64,000 nucleotides of DNA from Chrysomallon squamiferum (taxonomy: Eukaryota > Animalia > Mollusca), in NCBI GenBank assembly GCA_012295275.1, contig CM022669.1, positions 18,724,001 to 18,788,000 on the forward strand, given 5' to 3'. This document shows positions 1-16,517 of the stretch, one piece after another. How positions within the stretch are numbered: the stretch's first letter is position 1; the number at the start of each line of letters is the position of its first letter. A program made the translations under genes and the position numbers. Below the pieces are notes generated by a model. That model saw only the letters and a program-made list of their open reading frames with translations, ran no database searches and was not told the DNA's origin.

Positions 1-88
<88 letters not shown>
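1..88. repeat. (GA)n microsatellite, truncated by the window edge
   Basis: Direct reading. Confidence 0.99.
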
Positions 89-90
<2 letters not shown>

Positions 91-296
91 AGATGGAAAA
101 AAAAGAAGCTTACTTATAAAAACAAAAACAAAAATACATAGAAATCAAAGGAATGGTTTGCAATGAAAAAAAATAAAAAAGAGATATTTGATCTTCAAAC
201 TGAAGATCTGAAATATTAAAATTAATTATTTTGAAAATTTCAGAAGTAAAATATTTAAACTTATGATGTAACTGAGTACATCATATTTAATTAAAG

Positions 297-331
<35 letters not shown>

Positions 332-398
332 ATTAATTAATTAAATAAAATTAAAAAACAAAACAAAACATAACAAAACAAAATAAAATAATAAAAAA

Positions 399-479
<81 letters not shown>

Positions 480-536
480 CAATCTACATTAAAACGTCTG
501 ACATTTGCTGGCTTCATGCATTATCTTTCAGTATAC

Positions 537-608
537 ACACACATACACGTACACACATACACGTACACACATACACGTACACACATACACGTACACACAT
601 AAACACGC
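537..608. repeat. 14-bp tandem repeat ACACACATACACGT x~5
   Basis: Direct reading. Confidence 0.9.
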
Positions 609-1661
609 GTGTTTTATAATGATTTTAATCCTCGTAAACTGTTCATAAATTATTTATCACTGAAACCACAGAATCTTTAGAACACAATTTCTTAAACAAA
701 TCTAATGACTTTGTACTTAAGATCTTAAGAATAAAAAATTTGCCACTGGTTTATACTCGTGAAATAAACTGTATTTAATTATATAGTTCATTCTTAGTAT
801 ATTTTAATCAGCATAATAATTAGTATTTTTTTTAAATTAAATTTTGTTTTTTAAAATAATCAATTTTTAATAAACGCTTTCTCTCCTTTTGCAATTCCTA
901 AGATAGCTGAAAGAAAATCATCTACCCATGAATTTAATGATAATTTTTCACTTGATATTCATAAATATTATTTTAATTAATTAATTAATTTGGTGTCTTC
1001 GACAACTTGTTGTTTGCGACACAGTTATTGTACGCTTTGTTCGTAAACAATTGTTGCAAATACAAGCGTCATTAATTGGAAATAATTCCAAAAAAAAAGG
1101 TGAGAAAATAATAATACAAAAATAATCAAAAGAGAAAAGTGAAAAAAAAAAAAAAAGAGAAAGGAAAAGAAAACAAAGCTGTAAAGAAGAAAGGTGACTG
1201 TAAGTTTAATAATAAAGAACTAAAACTAAAACTAATCCCTGCTATGTATTCCTTTTTTATGCCAATTTTAATCTTATAAATATTTAAAATATTTAAAATT
1301 CGGTTATTATTAACGTTTGTAAGAAAACGAGAAAGAAGAAGAAAAAAGTGAAGAAAAAAAAAACGAAAGAAAAAGAAACAAAGCTTTTAAGAAGAAGAAG
1401 AATTAGACATAGAATTAGGACGAAAGTAATTCGTTTGATTTTGCGAATCAGAAAAAAGTGATTTACTCAAAAGGCTCTTTTCAGTCGTTTTATGATTTAT
1501 TTTAAAGGTATAAACTGACAGTTAAGCTTTGTTCCACAGAATTAAATACAACGTTCACTGGTGTGAGAACAAATCGTGTTCAGAAGATTCAGTCATAAAT
1601 AAATTATTATAAATTTATCTTGACGCTTAATGATAATAATAATAACAACAACAACAACAAC

Positions 1662-1721
<60 letters not shown>

Positions 1722-2384
1722 AATAAATAAAAACACAGGGAATATAAAAAAAAAATGCTTTCCATTTAAGACTTTTGAGATTTCGCTTTCTATTTATGTG
1801 ACAGAAAAATCAAGGATTTAAAAATTAAATAAATTAATCAAAAGGATTAGTTCCGTAATTAATTAATTAATTAATTTAAAAATGGATTTCAGAAATATTA
1901 AATACCCATCTAAAAAAAATATATATAGGTAATGGTTATCGTCATCTATTATGTATCTGTCAAATGATCCGTTTATGAAAAAATATATTACAGATATAAT
2001 TAAAAAATATATTCTTGCACCATAAACACAGAACAGTAATTAATTTATGCAGCTGAAGAGATGACTGGTCTTGATGTGGTAAACAGAATGTTCATGTTTT
2101 CTCTTGGGAATTTGTATTTTTGAAAGTATTTTTTATTTCTTGAACGACTATAAATAACAAATAAGCAGAAATGATACACTCTAAGGAATACTCTGTAATT
2201 TAATTTAATTATCCAGTTTTTCTTTCAGCTATTATTTAAGTAAGTAATTAAATATTTAACTTTTTTTTTCTTTTGAAGTTTTATTTAAATAATTATTTGC
2301 CTCTGCTTGATAGTTTTATGTTAATTATAACATTTTTCACTATAACTTTTAACCTTTTCCTGTTTCGTATGATTAAAATAATAA

Positions 2385-2438
<54 letters not shown>

Positions 2439-4499
2439 CATTTTAACTTATCTTTAAAAACAAATAATAAAAATTCTAAGATAATAATTTTATATTATGA
2501 AGTATTTTGCAACTATATTTATTTATTTATGAAATGAAAGCATCGATAATATTCATAATATTTATTTCATAGAATTTTTTTTTTTTTTTTTTTTATGTAT
2601 ATTTGTATATCTGATTTTAAATTTACACATTTATTTTAATTTTAATCCTTCTCAGTTTTGGACATCAGATCTATCTTTATTTCACTTTCACATAATTTTA
2701 CTAAAATATTTTTACATCTATTTTTAAATTTTTAAAACAATTTTTTACAAATATTTCAATTTTTTTATTTTCATTTTTAATATTTGCATTTTACTTTTAT
2801 TTTTCTATATTCTCTCAAACTCATTAGTCTTTTTCCTGTCAATTTCGTCGTTCTATTATATATAATCACAAAACGGTACAGAAAATGTTATAATCCAACC
2901 ATTTTAGCGAAACAGGCAGGAGATTAAGAGCAACAAATACACTGAATAGAGGACGACTGAAATAACAAAGGCAAAATGATAGCTTTCTATTAATAGCAGT
3001 AATTACCTCACTCAACAAAGCAGGTATTGTTTCTTTAAGTTCCTCTCTCTTGACTGTGTGTCTTCAGCTATTGATTTGATAATCGTGTATGTATGAAAAA
3101 GCTATTTAGAAAAATGATTACGAGCATTTTGTTGTATTGTTGTTTACCTTTTTTTTTCTCTTGTAATGGGTATAATTATAAATGTAATTTTACGTATGTG
3201 TGTCTGTGTGTGACAATGACAGAGCAAATAAATAAGCAATAAAAAAGAAAATTAAATCGCTATCTTGATGATTATTTACAAAAGTAAATAATAATGAAAC
3301 TAACTCATCTTAAAATGCTTGTAAATGATATTAATACTAATACTAATACTAATACTCATATTAATGATAATAATAATGATGATGATGATGATGATATTGA
3401 TGATGATAATGATAATAATAATAATAACTATGATGATGATAATGATGATGGTGATGATAATAATAAAAATAATAAGTAGTTCTCAAAATATATATTATAT
3501 TCTAACATTGTAAAAAATTAATACCAATTTTTTGATATAGCTAATATTGTCTATGAAATTTTAATATAAAAATTGTTAAGCTGCATTTGAAAGTATGCTT
3601 GTCATAAAATGATTGATAATTTCATGGTGATATTATTTTAAAATTTCTATTTTGTTACAATATATTTTTTTTAAACAAAAGTATTACAATAAATGTTGAA
3701 ACGTATAGTTATTATTTAATAAAATTAATTATACAGTTAATTGTTGATAATGGTACTTACTGTAAAAAGAAAAATAGATAGATGGACAGATAGACAGACA
3801 AACAAACAAACAAACAAACAAACAAATAATTTGTAAAATAGTGATTCAGTACATTTTGTTGTGAATGCTTTTCTCAATAGAATGTAAAATCACGTAAATA
3901 AAACCAAAATTATGTTTCCCTGTAATAGAGTTTCCCTCAAAATACATTAATTTAATTAATTAACAAAAATAATAATCAACAATTTATTACCACATTCTCA
4001 TTCTACAGTCATTTTGCCCAAAAGGTAAATAACAAATTTTGAAAAAAATCTAGTACAGTCGTATACAAATAAATATTAGGTTTATTTATCATTATTAATT
4101 TGTTGATGGAAAATAAATTTAAACATGTTTGTAGTTTAATATCATAAATACTGATCTTATCAACATCATAAAATTAAAAAATCCCATTATGAATAAATAA
4201 TCAAAAGTAAATTAAAAAATAGAAAAAATTAAAAAAAAAAATGTTTATTAACAAATTGTTATCTCAGTGTCATTTTTATTACTATAAAGATAAATAACAA
4301 ATTATGAATAAATAAATAAGTTAATAAAATACAAAAATTAAGGCAATAAAAAAGTAAAAAATAAATAAAATACGAAGAGACACTAAGTTCTTTTCTAATT
4401 ATTAATTTATTTATTTAAAATCAATCATTAATAGTCAAGTGTAAAAAGTAACATGACAAATACTGACCATTCATGTGAAAATCACAAAATCAAAGTAAA

Positions 4500-4554
<55 letters not shown>

Positions 4555-5598
4555 CAATAATAACAACAACAACAACGATAATGATGCTGATGATGATGTA
4601 GATAAATAAATAAATAAATAAAAATAGAATACTACAAATATTTTTTCTTATCTCTCTCTCTCTCTCGAAAATGATCACAGTAATTAAAAAGAAAAAAAGA
4701 AATAAAAACAAAACAACATAAAATGAAACGAAATTAAATTAAAATCAAATAAATACTAAACAACAAATAAATCAATAAACAAAATAGATAGATAGAGAGA
4801 CAGATAGATAGATTGATAAATAGACAGATAGATAGATTGATAAATAGACAGATACATAAATATAAAAAAACCAATATACATACAGTGGACGTTAATTTAC
4901 ACGATTGTTAAACAAAATATTCGTCAAATACCCAACAGCTCTTTAAGTAAAATTTAAATTTTGTTTTAAAAAATACAATAAATAAAAAAAAAATATTTTT
5001 TTAAAAACGTCTTTAAGCACTTCATCATTTTATAAGTATCAGTCACATTTATTTTTCTACCTAAGCGAGTTTACCGTAGATATATAAATGCAGCCTGTTT
5101 TCGAGACTGTGCAACGATTGTACAGAATAGTTAACATGGCTTTTTTATATATTTTTTTTTTAACGTGGGGTTTTGTCATCGACGTGAACACTTTTATTTC
5201 GTTATGGGATGCCTGAGAGTCGAAGGGCTGCGTTCAAGTGTTTGTAGACTGCTTCAGGTATTCAGAATAAAACGGGCGGACGCGAAAGAAACATGGGGAG
5301 TTTTTGTAGCTCGGTGTCGGCGCATTGGCATGAAGAAAGAAGCGCAAATGTTTTATAAGAGACGTTTCAAGAGCTTCTGATCTGTGTGCAAGGTGTCAGA
5401 GAGAGAGGAGAGAGATGCAATAAGAGTGTATAATATGCATGCGAGGTGTCAGAAATGTAAAAGGATTCAGTTTTTGTATGTAGACGACAAAAGCCAGATT
5501 ACGTTTGAAACACGCTTTTCAAAGCAGGATAACAGAGTATATATATGTATGTGTGTGTTTGAATGTGTCTGTCTGTCTACCTATCTATCTATCTATAT

Positions 5599-5630
<32 letters not shown>

Positions 5631-5994
5631 CTGTTTGTTATCTATCTATATATATATATATATATATCTATCTATCTTTTATATGTTTCTCTGTCTGTCT
5701 GTTTCTCCTATTTATTTCTATAAAATAAATTAAATTATAATCTCTATCTTTCTAAATAACTAAATTTACCTATCTTATGTATATATATATATATGTTTCT
5801 CTGCCTGTCTGTCTGTGAATTATCTGTATATAATATTCATCCATCTATAAAATGAAAAAAATTAAATTTTAATAGAGCCGGTGAATACTTGAATGTTTGA
5901 CTAAATAACACAGTTTTGTAAATGTCATGAATTTTAAATTGTAATAATAATAATGGTAATAAAATAATAATTATACTAATATATAATATTCAAC

Positions 5995-6385
5995 AATGAT
6001 GATAATGGTGATGAAATAAAAAAAAATTTACTAAAAATGATTTAAATCTCTTAATGTTTTAATGGAATATCAGACGAAATATGAATTGACAAGACTTGAA
6101 TGTTTATATAAATTCACTAACAGACTCCTACTACTATTGTTATTTTTTAAACTGTCACTGAATTTTAAATAATAATAATAATAGTAATAAATAATAATCA
6201 ATAATACTGAATAATAATAATAATAATAATAATAATTATGAAGAAGATGATGATAATGATGATGATAATAAATATACAAAATTGTACTAAAAATAATTTA
6301 AATTACTTAATGTTTTAATGGAATATCGAAGTGAAATATGAATTGAGAACGTGCTCACTTAATAGTTCTTTATATAAATTATTAC
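5995..6385. repeat. Old tandem duplication, period ~256 bp
   Basis: TACTAAAAAT.ATTTAAAT..CTTAATGTTTTAATGGAATATC...GAAATATGAATTGA at ~6029 and ~6285. Confidence 0.8.
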
Positions 6386-6500
6386 TATTATTATTTATTT
6401 ATTTTTACTACTACTACTACTACTACTATTGTTATTATTTTACTAAAACTAAATATTAATAATAATTTTAATTAATAATAATAATAAAAAAGTAATAATC

Positions 6501-6576
<76 letters not shown>

Positions 6577-6839
6577 AGAAATACCGTTAAAAAGAAAGAG
6601 CAACTTTTTAAATTGTGTTTATATCATCAGGCACGGAGATTGTCCATTTCCGAGTTTTATTTCACGTTTCGTGATGTTTAGGTCGCGCATTTCAAGTAGT
6701 TCAACACATTTTTAATCAATTTCAAAAACAATTAGAAACAAAAAATAAAAAATAAAAAAAATATATATAATATAAAAAAAAAAAAAATAAAAATAATAAT
6801 AATAATAAAAAAATAGATCTTTCTTTTTCTCGTTTTACC

Positions 6840-7200
6840 TCCAACCGAAACCCGATGACGCACCGGAGAACTGACACATGCGCGTTTGACGGTTATTAAT
6901 GAAATAAAGAATGATCACCGCTTTGTTCGGCGACTGATTGGTCGAGACGTCCGTAATTGACAACATACCGTAGTGCGCCGAGAGCGCATGCGCTAACAAC
7001 TAGCTGACAAGCATTTGATGGTAATCGGGTTTTGGAAAATCTGTTCAAGTAGGGAAACAGCCCTTATTTCGGCCTGCTTAGTGAAAGCGGTGGGCAAAGA
7101 GCTTGAAAACGTTTGACATACGTTTATTACACAAATTAGCTGAACGCTAAAAGGCTTTCAAAACGCTGGACGCGCCTATAGGGGGACCATATAAAATCTA
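6840..7200 (+). promoter_or_regulatory. Promoter-like CpG-rich island with no adjacent coding gene
   Basis: CTGATTGGTC CCAAT box at ~6937, palindromic NRF1-type AGCGCATGCGCT at 6983-6994 and TATAAAA at 7190-7196. Confidence 0.35.
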
Positions 7201-7633
7201 ATAAAGAATGAAATTACAATCGTTCACATACACGTCTGTCACAATTAGATGGAAGGAATGGTTGACATCATATTTTTTTTTTTTTTTTTTTTGGAAAAAT
7301 AAAAAGCGTTTAGAAACATGTCCATCATTAATTTTAAAGAGGAAAAAAAAAAAAAAAAAAAAAAAATGAATGAAAAAAAAAGATTCAAAATTTGTATTTA
7401 TACGCTTGCTCTGCAATTAAGTATGGAAAAACTGCCATACATTTACCGCTACAGTATGAATACTGTTGTTGATGGGCGTCTCCCACGGATGGTAGAATTT
7501 GAAAATAATATAATGCGTTGTGTAAAGATATAATAGTTTTTGTTACCATTTTTGTACGTTGTGATTATAGGTTGCTTTAATAAAATTCTTTTTCATCTTC
7601 TTCTAAATAAATAATGACAGAGCCAAAAGCGTA

Positions 7634-7684
<51 letters not shown>

Positions 7685-9398
7685 GTGATTATTATAACAG
7701 CCATAAAATTATAATAATTAAAATAAATAGATAAATAAAAAAAAGGTAGTGAAAAAAATAAAACGACTATAAAAATAAATAAATAAAAAATAATAATAAT
7801 AATTTTTAAATAACAATCTACATATATGCATATATATAAATATATATACACACACATACACACACGCATACAAACAGACACCTACATATGTTAACATCTA
7901 AATAAATTATTAGTTTAATTTTATGAACAAAAAATATTAACTACTTCCAATATAAATTTTCTTGGTATTTCACTATCTTTCTCTAACTTTCTTTCATTTT
8001 TTTACTTAGTTCTTTCGTTCTTTCATTTATTCTTCCATTCGATCTTTTATCCTTTTCTTTCCTTCTTTTCTTTTTTTTTTTTTTCAATACATCTTTTCTC
8101 TCTCTATCTTTATTTTGTTTTCGTATATTTTGCTTTTTCATTATTTCAGCTTTTACCTTTTTTTTCTTTCTTTCTTTCTTTCCTTTCTCCTCCCACTTTC
8201 TTTCTTTCTTTCTTTCTCGTCGTTCTTTCTTTCGACATCTTATTCGTTTCGTTCTTTCTTTCTTTATTAATTTCCTCCTTTTGCCGACGCGCATCGCATG
8301 ACGCGAACCTGGTAAGCCACATGTACCAGCTAATCATCATTTCACAGTGCTGTAAGCAGCAACACAGCCGTGAGAAACAAGACGATACTCCGGTCTAGGG
8401 AAGGGTCACAAAAGCAAATAATAATTATTTTTCAATACACATACGAGACGTTCGCTTGCCTTTGTTGTCGGTTCTCCATTACTGCGGCGTAGCACCTACA
8501 AATGTCTGTATCAAAACATTTGATAACTGTTTTCAACAATGGACTATTTGCTAGTCTATTATTCAGGTGTCAGTTTGTTTATTAAGCTCTTCGTGTCTGT
8601 TTGAACAGTTATTAAAACCGCTGATAAACGGTCATTCTTTTTTCTTTTTTTTACTAAGCGCTGTTTGCAAAGACGGTAAAAAAAATTACGTACACTATTT
8701 GTGCAAATACTCAGGATGTGTTATGTATGTTAATTCCGATATGTTTTAAGAACGCTGGAAATTCAAAACGCAAAAAGAATTAAAAAATACAAAATAAAAT
8801 AAATAAATAAATAAAATAAATAAAAATAAGAATAAAAATAAGATAAAATACAAAAAGAAAAGAAAATAGAAGAAAATAAAATAATTTAAAAAAACGAAAG
8901 AAAAGAAAAGAAAGAGAAAAAAAAGGAAAGAAAACAAGCTACATTTACGTAATGGTTGAAAATCAAAACCAAAAAAAAAAAAAAAAAAAAAAAACGAACT
9001 ATAATAAGAATAAAAATTAAAAACAAACAAACAAATAATGAAGAAAAAAAGAAGAAAGAAAGAAAGAAATAACACAAACTATATAATACCGCTAAAATTA
9101 GTTTTGAATTATTAATGATCATAGGAAGACAATGGCTTAAGAAAATTCACAATTTTATTATTTTCAAAATACTCAGATTATAGAGCACACACGACTAATA
9201 ATTTCATAACATGGATCGAATATATTTACAGAAATTAATTTCATAATGCAGTTAGTTACGGTAAGGAAAAAATATCGATAATATGTAAATAAAAACAAAC
9301 AGACTGAATAACAACCTCACCACCACCAACAACAACAACAACAGCAACAATAATAACAACATACAACAACAACAACAATAATAATAATAATAATAATA

Positions 9399-9437
<39 letters not shown>

Positions 9438-10324
9438 ATGTTAATGAGCATAAAATGAGCAAAATAGAATGATAAGCATAATAACAACAACAACAACAAC
9501 AATAATCTGGTTAATAATAATAATAATAATAACAAGAAGAAGAAGAAGAAGAAGAAGAAGAAGAAGAAAAAAAGACGAAGAAAAGAATGGTGTTAAAACA
9601 AATTATAGTAAAATAATAATACTGAAACCTGAAACACATCTTTTTTTTTTTTTTTTTTTTTTTGCTGAAACCGTTATAGAGAAATATAAATAATAAAATT
9701 TTAAATTTAGAGAAAAAAAAATATCTACCAAAGAAGATATGAGCTACAGTAGTAATAAAACTTACAACAACAACAGTAATAATAAGAAGAATACGTTTTG
9801 TTATTATTATTATTATTGTTGTTGTTGTTGTAAGTAACACTACTATACTGGTAATACTATCACTAAAAATATCTCTGCCTATCACTTTTCTTTATTTATT
9901 TATTCTATAACTTATTTCTGTGTATAATTCAATGTTTTCAAACACGGATCTACCCTCTGTCTTATTTGAAAGGAAATGGGATTTTCCATTGAAGTGTCAC
10001 TCGATATATTCGACTCAAGTAGATTACTTTTTGTTCACAAGATGAATCCGATATCAAAAACGGGCGTGTCCACCTGTCAATCATCCGACGTAAATGAGCA
10101 TCAAACTTTACTGTGTGGTGGTGTCGCGGATTTTCAGAAATTCGATAAATGTTTGTGTGCCTGTTTATTTTTGTTTATTTACTTGTTTATTTTCAAAAAA
10201 AAATTTAAAATATTTATTTATTACTTATTTATTTGTTTATTTATTTATATTGTTTTATTTACTGTTAATTAATTTAATTCTAAGGTTTTTTTTATAGTTT
10301 CGTTGTATATTTGAAATGAAAATG

Positions 10325-10355
<31 letters not shown>

Positions 10356-11508
10356 TTAATTGTTAATTGATAAAACAACAGACTATATTTCAAGATAACC
10401 TAATTAAATATTTAGAATGTCAGTTCTTTTTATTATTACTTACTTATTTACTTAGCAATATAACTAACTCTACTTAATGAAAATAAAATTCACTAAAACA
10501 CTAGCACCATTCCATCACCATCATCATCATCATCATCGTCATCATCACCATCATCATCGCCATAAAAACTGTAATTATGAAAATCAACCGTTAAGGCTAT
10601 TGTAGTTACTACTGCTGTTAATACTACAGCTGCTGCATCTTTTACGACTACGACTACCTCCAGTATATTTGTCTCTACAACTGTTATTACACTCTCATCA
10701 TTCATTGAACTGAAGCAGTCTAGTCCATGTCCTGTTAGAAAAGCTGTTCGTCGTAACTCTTTCAGAATACACCAGCCTAAGAGACTCGGCTTCTCAGCTT
10801 CACGAAACAAACTGGCAAATATAAACAGCGTTAGAAATTCTCTCATCATTACCCAAACAACGCCAGTTTCAAACCGCCACCTTACGTCATCATCTATAAG
10901 CCTAACCCTTTGATCTTTCTCCGATCACAGGTAACGCTGATAACTCACAAACGTAATTAGTACGTCGATTTTCTTTTGTTAGCACCGCAAGGACAAACTG
11001 TCCGAGCGGATCCTTTGACCATCAAGAGAAAGTCCAGTTAGAGAGAGAGCTGGACATTATCTCGTTATTAGCACTTCTTGTAGCACCTGACGGTAGTTAA
11101 TTGTCTCACGTGTGTACCCCAGGTGCCAATCAGTACGTCTTGTTTGTAGCTAACGAGCAGCTCAGAGACCGGGACAAATGTTTTAGTGTCAGAACGAATA
11201 ACACAGGTGACAGCTTTGTGAATGCGGTGTAAATAAACACGGTATTTTCCCATACAACGAAGCCACAGTTAAAGTGTATTTTTGTAAATGGCGTAGAGCC
11301 CCCTGGTTAGATGTTTGACATGTCGTTGAGAAGGTATTTGAAAAATAAAAAAATAAATAGATGTATATGTTTGTATATCGAGATGAAATGATTTCGTGGT
11401 GCTTTTGGTTGAGTAGTTTTCTCTCCGTTGGTAAAAATTGATTGTGTGTTTATTTAGTAAGATGAAGAGGATTATTAATCACATTATTTGTTCGTTTATA
11501 GTGTCGTA

Positions 11509-11559
<51 letters not shown>

Positions 11560-11560
11560 A

Positions 11561-11591
<31 letters not shown>

Positions 11592-11941
11592 GTTGCTGTT
11601 TTTTTTTTTTTTTTTTTTTTTGGTTGACAAGAAAGAAAGGACAAACAGTGTAAAACAACGAAATAAAACAGAAAAAAAAAAAAAAAATTAATAAACAAAA
11701 CATAAACAGAATTAATCAAGAAGGAAAATAAGAAAAGAAAAGAAGCCAAAGAAGGAATAGAAAGGACAGATAAAAGGATTGAAAAAAAAAAAAAAAAAGA
11801 AAAAAGAGAGAAATGGAACAAAAATAATGAAAGAACGGATGGAGGGAATGAATCAGTGGAGATAAAACGAAAATAAAAGATACAAAGAAAGAAAAAGAAA
11901 GAAAAGCAAAAATAACGAGTGAAAAGAAAGAAAGAGAACAC

Positions 11942-12009
<68 letters not shown>

Positions 12010-12794
12010 CAATGATAAACTCGCGATTCAACTACGTCACATACTAAACAAGTCGGCAGACTGCAGTATGAGTAAGACTGGTTTTTTCTATTAATAACCA
12101 GTGCACGTTATCAGTCTTTCCTCAAATTGAATATTCAAGTGGCTTCCGCATGCACGCCGTGTTTACATCGCATTAGGTCTGATTTGCATGCTGTTAGTTC
12201 ACTCGCTGACGAGTCTGCCAACTAATGGGGTACATTTACCCGCGCTTTGCCCGGCGCAGCTCAGGCACAAAACGGCATCCGATGATGGCAGCGTGATTTC
12301 CGGTCTGCGGACTGTTGGAACTCTTACAAACGAAGGCTCGTTTGCACGCAACTTCCGGTTATTTCCTAGAAATTTTACTTTCCTGCCTTACTAATTTGGA
12401 CTTGTTTGTTTGAAAGATAAAGAATACGCACGCCAGATAAGACGATCCGTTAATGAAAACGAGACTACACGAAGAGCGGTTTTCACAAAAACCCCCGCGC
12501 GCGCCGTTATAATTGTGCCATTGTGGCTTTCTAGCGAGGCACAAAACGATCGCTACCTCCGTGTGTATTGTCGCAAATAAAAGTCTTCATTACGAAGAAA
12601 CCCAGCAGAGATTAAATGTTTCCGATCAGGAACCGCAACTGAGATGAGATGTATACATCGTTTACTGCCCCTGGCACTTCTCATTCATTGGCGAACAGAA
12701 GAAACTATTTTCGTATTACTTTATGTCGACTGTTTAATCAGCGCATAAGAAGCGAAATGCGATTCTCAGGAAATCCAATTTTACGGAAATTCTT

Positions 12795-12827
<33 letters not shown>

Positions 12828-12999
12828 TCAAAGTTAATTTGTGTTCTTTTCTTTCTTCTTGTAATTATTTTGTGTTTTATTTATTTATTTATTTATTGTT
12901 TTTATTGCATAAGATATTATTTTCGAATTAAATTAATTCGCTGTTATAAAACCCCAAGACAAAAACAAACAAAAACAAAAAGTAAACCGACCATCTGGT

Positions 13000-13109
<110 letters not shown>

Positions 13110-16100
13110 CACACACACACAAACACACATACATATATATATATAAATAGATAGACCGATAGATTTAGCTATAGACATAGACGTAAGACTATAGACATAA
13201 ATAAAATAAAATAAATTAATTAATTAATTAATTAAACTAAATAAAATAACTAAAAACACAGAGAAAAAATAAGTTTCTTTTTAGAAGCATTCTGTAATAA
13301 TTACACACCATGACACCACAAATATTAGTTTCGTATTATCCAGCCTTACTGCAGGAGACAGGATTAAGCAAAGCTGTAATAATTAACTTCGTGTCGTTTC
13401 TTCTTACGGAAAGAACACAGATTACAGGTATTGCTTTCGAATTTTGCGATTTAGCCATTCGTATTAAGCTGAAAACCATGATCCTATTAGTTGCAAATGG
13501 CTGCAGGCTGCATACGTTAAACGCCAGTTCTGCACGTGATCACTGGCGCTAGATTATAGGCGTGCGCAGCGCCATCTCAGAGTTAACTCCCCGTCAATTT
13601 TGATGGCGACCGTTGTTGAAGATTACGGTTTAAGAGACTGCAATTATTGTCTTGTCAGATGATTTAGCTTTCCTAATTGGAAGTATGCATATAATTTGTT
13701 CTTATGTTGTAGAGGGCTCTAACAATACTAGTATACCGCTGAATTAAAATGCCTGATTCGATGTCATAAATACTTTGTTTTTGTTGTTGAGAATGTCTTT
13801 ACGGTTACCAGATGTTTCATTACAGTGACGGTCCTTTGACAGTTTTTATGCTGGAATAGACAGTATCATAATGACTTTCTATTACAATTCTGTGGCAGAA
13901 TTGGGAATGTTGTTGTAACGTAATATTAAAATAATACGATTTTAATCAAAAATGATTACATCTATATGATGTAGATGGCAACACTCCCCATTTAGAGGCA
14001 TGTTGTAACGTTTTTAATCTGTGTTAATTGTGTGGGGTTGCTGTCTACGTGACACAGATGTTATGACTTTTGATTATGTCATTAAAGGAAGACGTGGAAC
14101 CAAAATAGGTTTTAAGAAACAAACAAAACAAGTCCTACATGAAAATTTCCACCATAAAGATTCCTGTGTTGAGATTAAAAAAAAAAAAAACACCTGAAAC
14201 TAATCGTATTTTTTCTTCTAATATTGGCCAATCAAATTTTTTTTCAGAAACAAAAGAAAGGTATTTATTTTTGATTATTACCTTACTAAGGCTGTATTTC
14301 TTACTATTGTTTTTTTTTTTTTTCTCTCTTTTTAAATTATTTCTAAAGATATTTTGTTTGTGTCTGATTTAGTATTTATCAATTTGAATCTATTTTGTTG
14401 ATCAAATTGCCCTAAAGTGTTTTTATATTTATTTATAATGATTATATTCCTGTTGTTTTGTTTGTCTATTTTAAATATAAATTTTTATTTTAAGTAATAA
14501 ATTTAAAAATAGTACATATTGAAAAAGTTTGGGTTTTTTTTTTTTGGTCGGTTTACATTAATTAAATGTTATTTTCATATTAATTAAATTCTATATTCAT
14601 CATAATGTTATATTTGACATTTATATCTCAAGGTGCCTTTATTATTGTTATTTACTTTATCCTAAAGTTATTAGTTATTGGCTGTTTGTAGTTATAATGA
14701 TTTTTTAATTTTTAATTTGTTTTTTTCTATTTGCTATTTATTTTTGTATTTTTCTTATTTGTTTTATAATTTTTATTTTATTTTATTTTTTTTTTTTTTA
14801 TATTCATTTTTCTATATCAGACTCACGTCGCTTTTATATTCATTATTCGCTGAAGTCATTTTTCTATATTTGTCTATCGTTGTATATATTACCTGGAGAT
14901 TATACTCTCAAGGTTTTATCTCGCAGACACGATCGTATCACAAGAAATGCAAATGATATTTAATTCCACAGGCTGGAGCTAATTGTGCTGACAACGTTGA
15001 CAGGAGGCTTTTGCCGACGTCTTCAGCCGGGGATCACGGTCACAAAAGTCCACGAAGACGTCGTGTAAGAAGATCGCTGCTTCGATACTGGCCTCGTCTG
15101 CAGAGTGGACGCGGTTGCGCGCAGACGTCAGACAGGTGAAGATATACGAGTTGGATTTGCGCGAGATTAACTCAGTTTTGTGCGCGAGGATTTGCCCACA
15201 AAAGAACACTAAAGTTTTGTAGATGGCTATCTAAATTGCACGTCGCGGAGGAACGCCGGCAGGGAAGAGATATACACGCCTACGTTTATTTCACTGACTC
15301 GGAGAGATCTCGCTGAAAAGAGACTAATTAAGGCCGGATTTCTGTCGTCTGGTGGATGAGTTTAGTGTACGTCAAGAATGCGAGCGAAAGAAAATATTTT
15401 TGTTGTTGTTGTTGTTTCTTGTTTGTTTGTTTTAGGATTTAGCGTATCTTTTTGCCTCTGGCAGAATTTACTAAGTCAAAACTGAATTAAAACAGTTGTC
15501 TTGTTTTGTTTTGTTTTGTTTTGTTTGTGTTTCAATTTATTTTGTTTTGCCGAGTTGCTCTCTTAATCCCTGGAAAAAAATACATTGAAATATTGTTTAA
15601 ATAAAATCAGTTTGTTAGATCTGTTCCACAACGCTGAAGATTGACTTTTGGAAAAAAAGATCTCTAATGAATTTTATTTTAAAACTGCAACAAACACAGG
15701 CAGGATGAGTATTCTTATACTTAGATATTTCACTTTTTCTGAAAACTAGAATAAAAAAATACCTATCACGTTAGACTGCAAAATAGAAGGGAAAATAAAA
15801 AGAAACTGAAAACTAGAATTTTTTTTTTTTTGTACTGACAAATCTTTAACATTCCCAACACTAGTAACATCGGAATTATTATTACCATCATCATCATCAT
15901 TATAATCATCATCATATCATCATATCATCATCATTATCTATATATTCATCATCATCATAGTCATAATCATCATAATAAATATCACCGTATTTGTTATCAC
16001 AACAACTGTCATTATCAAGAAATTGCTATCGCCACGTGAAATAACTGGCAGCTGTGATGTAAAATATCTTGACCAGCGGTCATCAGTGTCATTATCAGGC

Positions 16101-16435
16101 GTCATTAGACTGGACAAAAACATTCTGAGCCGCTTTCTGGTTAAAGAATTCTTGTGTCACATGGCAAAGTGAACCAGACAAAAATAAAGTATTCATTTAC
16201 TAGGTTCAGTCCTTAAGTCATTTACTTCTGAACCTAAAACAGACTGAATCATCAAAGAGTTCGTTTTCAGCCAAACTGATCTAAAATTTCATCACTGAAA
16301 GATCGATGCTGAAAATAGCTCTGACAATGTATCTGTGTACACAGAATGGTGTTGTGTATATAAACATTTTGTATGAAATCAGTTTATATAGCAAAAAGAA
16401 ATTTTATTCATTTATTCTTACATGATATGTATGCC

Positions 16436-16517
<82 letters not shown>

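Noticed and set aside
1468-1490. CAAAAGGCTCTTTTCAG resembling the histone mRNA 3' stem-loop
   Set aside because: The 3' arm (AGCC) is absent and there is no histone ORF upstream.
10979-11003. TTAGCACC..GGACA resembling a REST/RE1 site
   Set aside because: Non-canonical spacing and mismatches; REST is not expected in this lineage.
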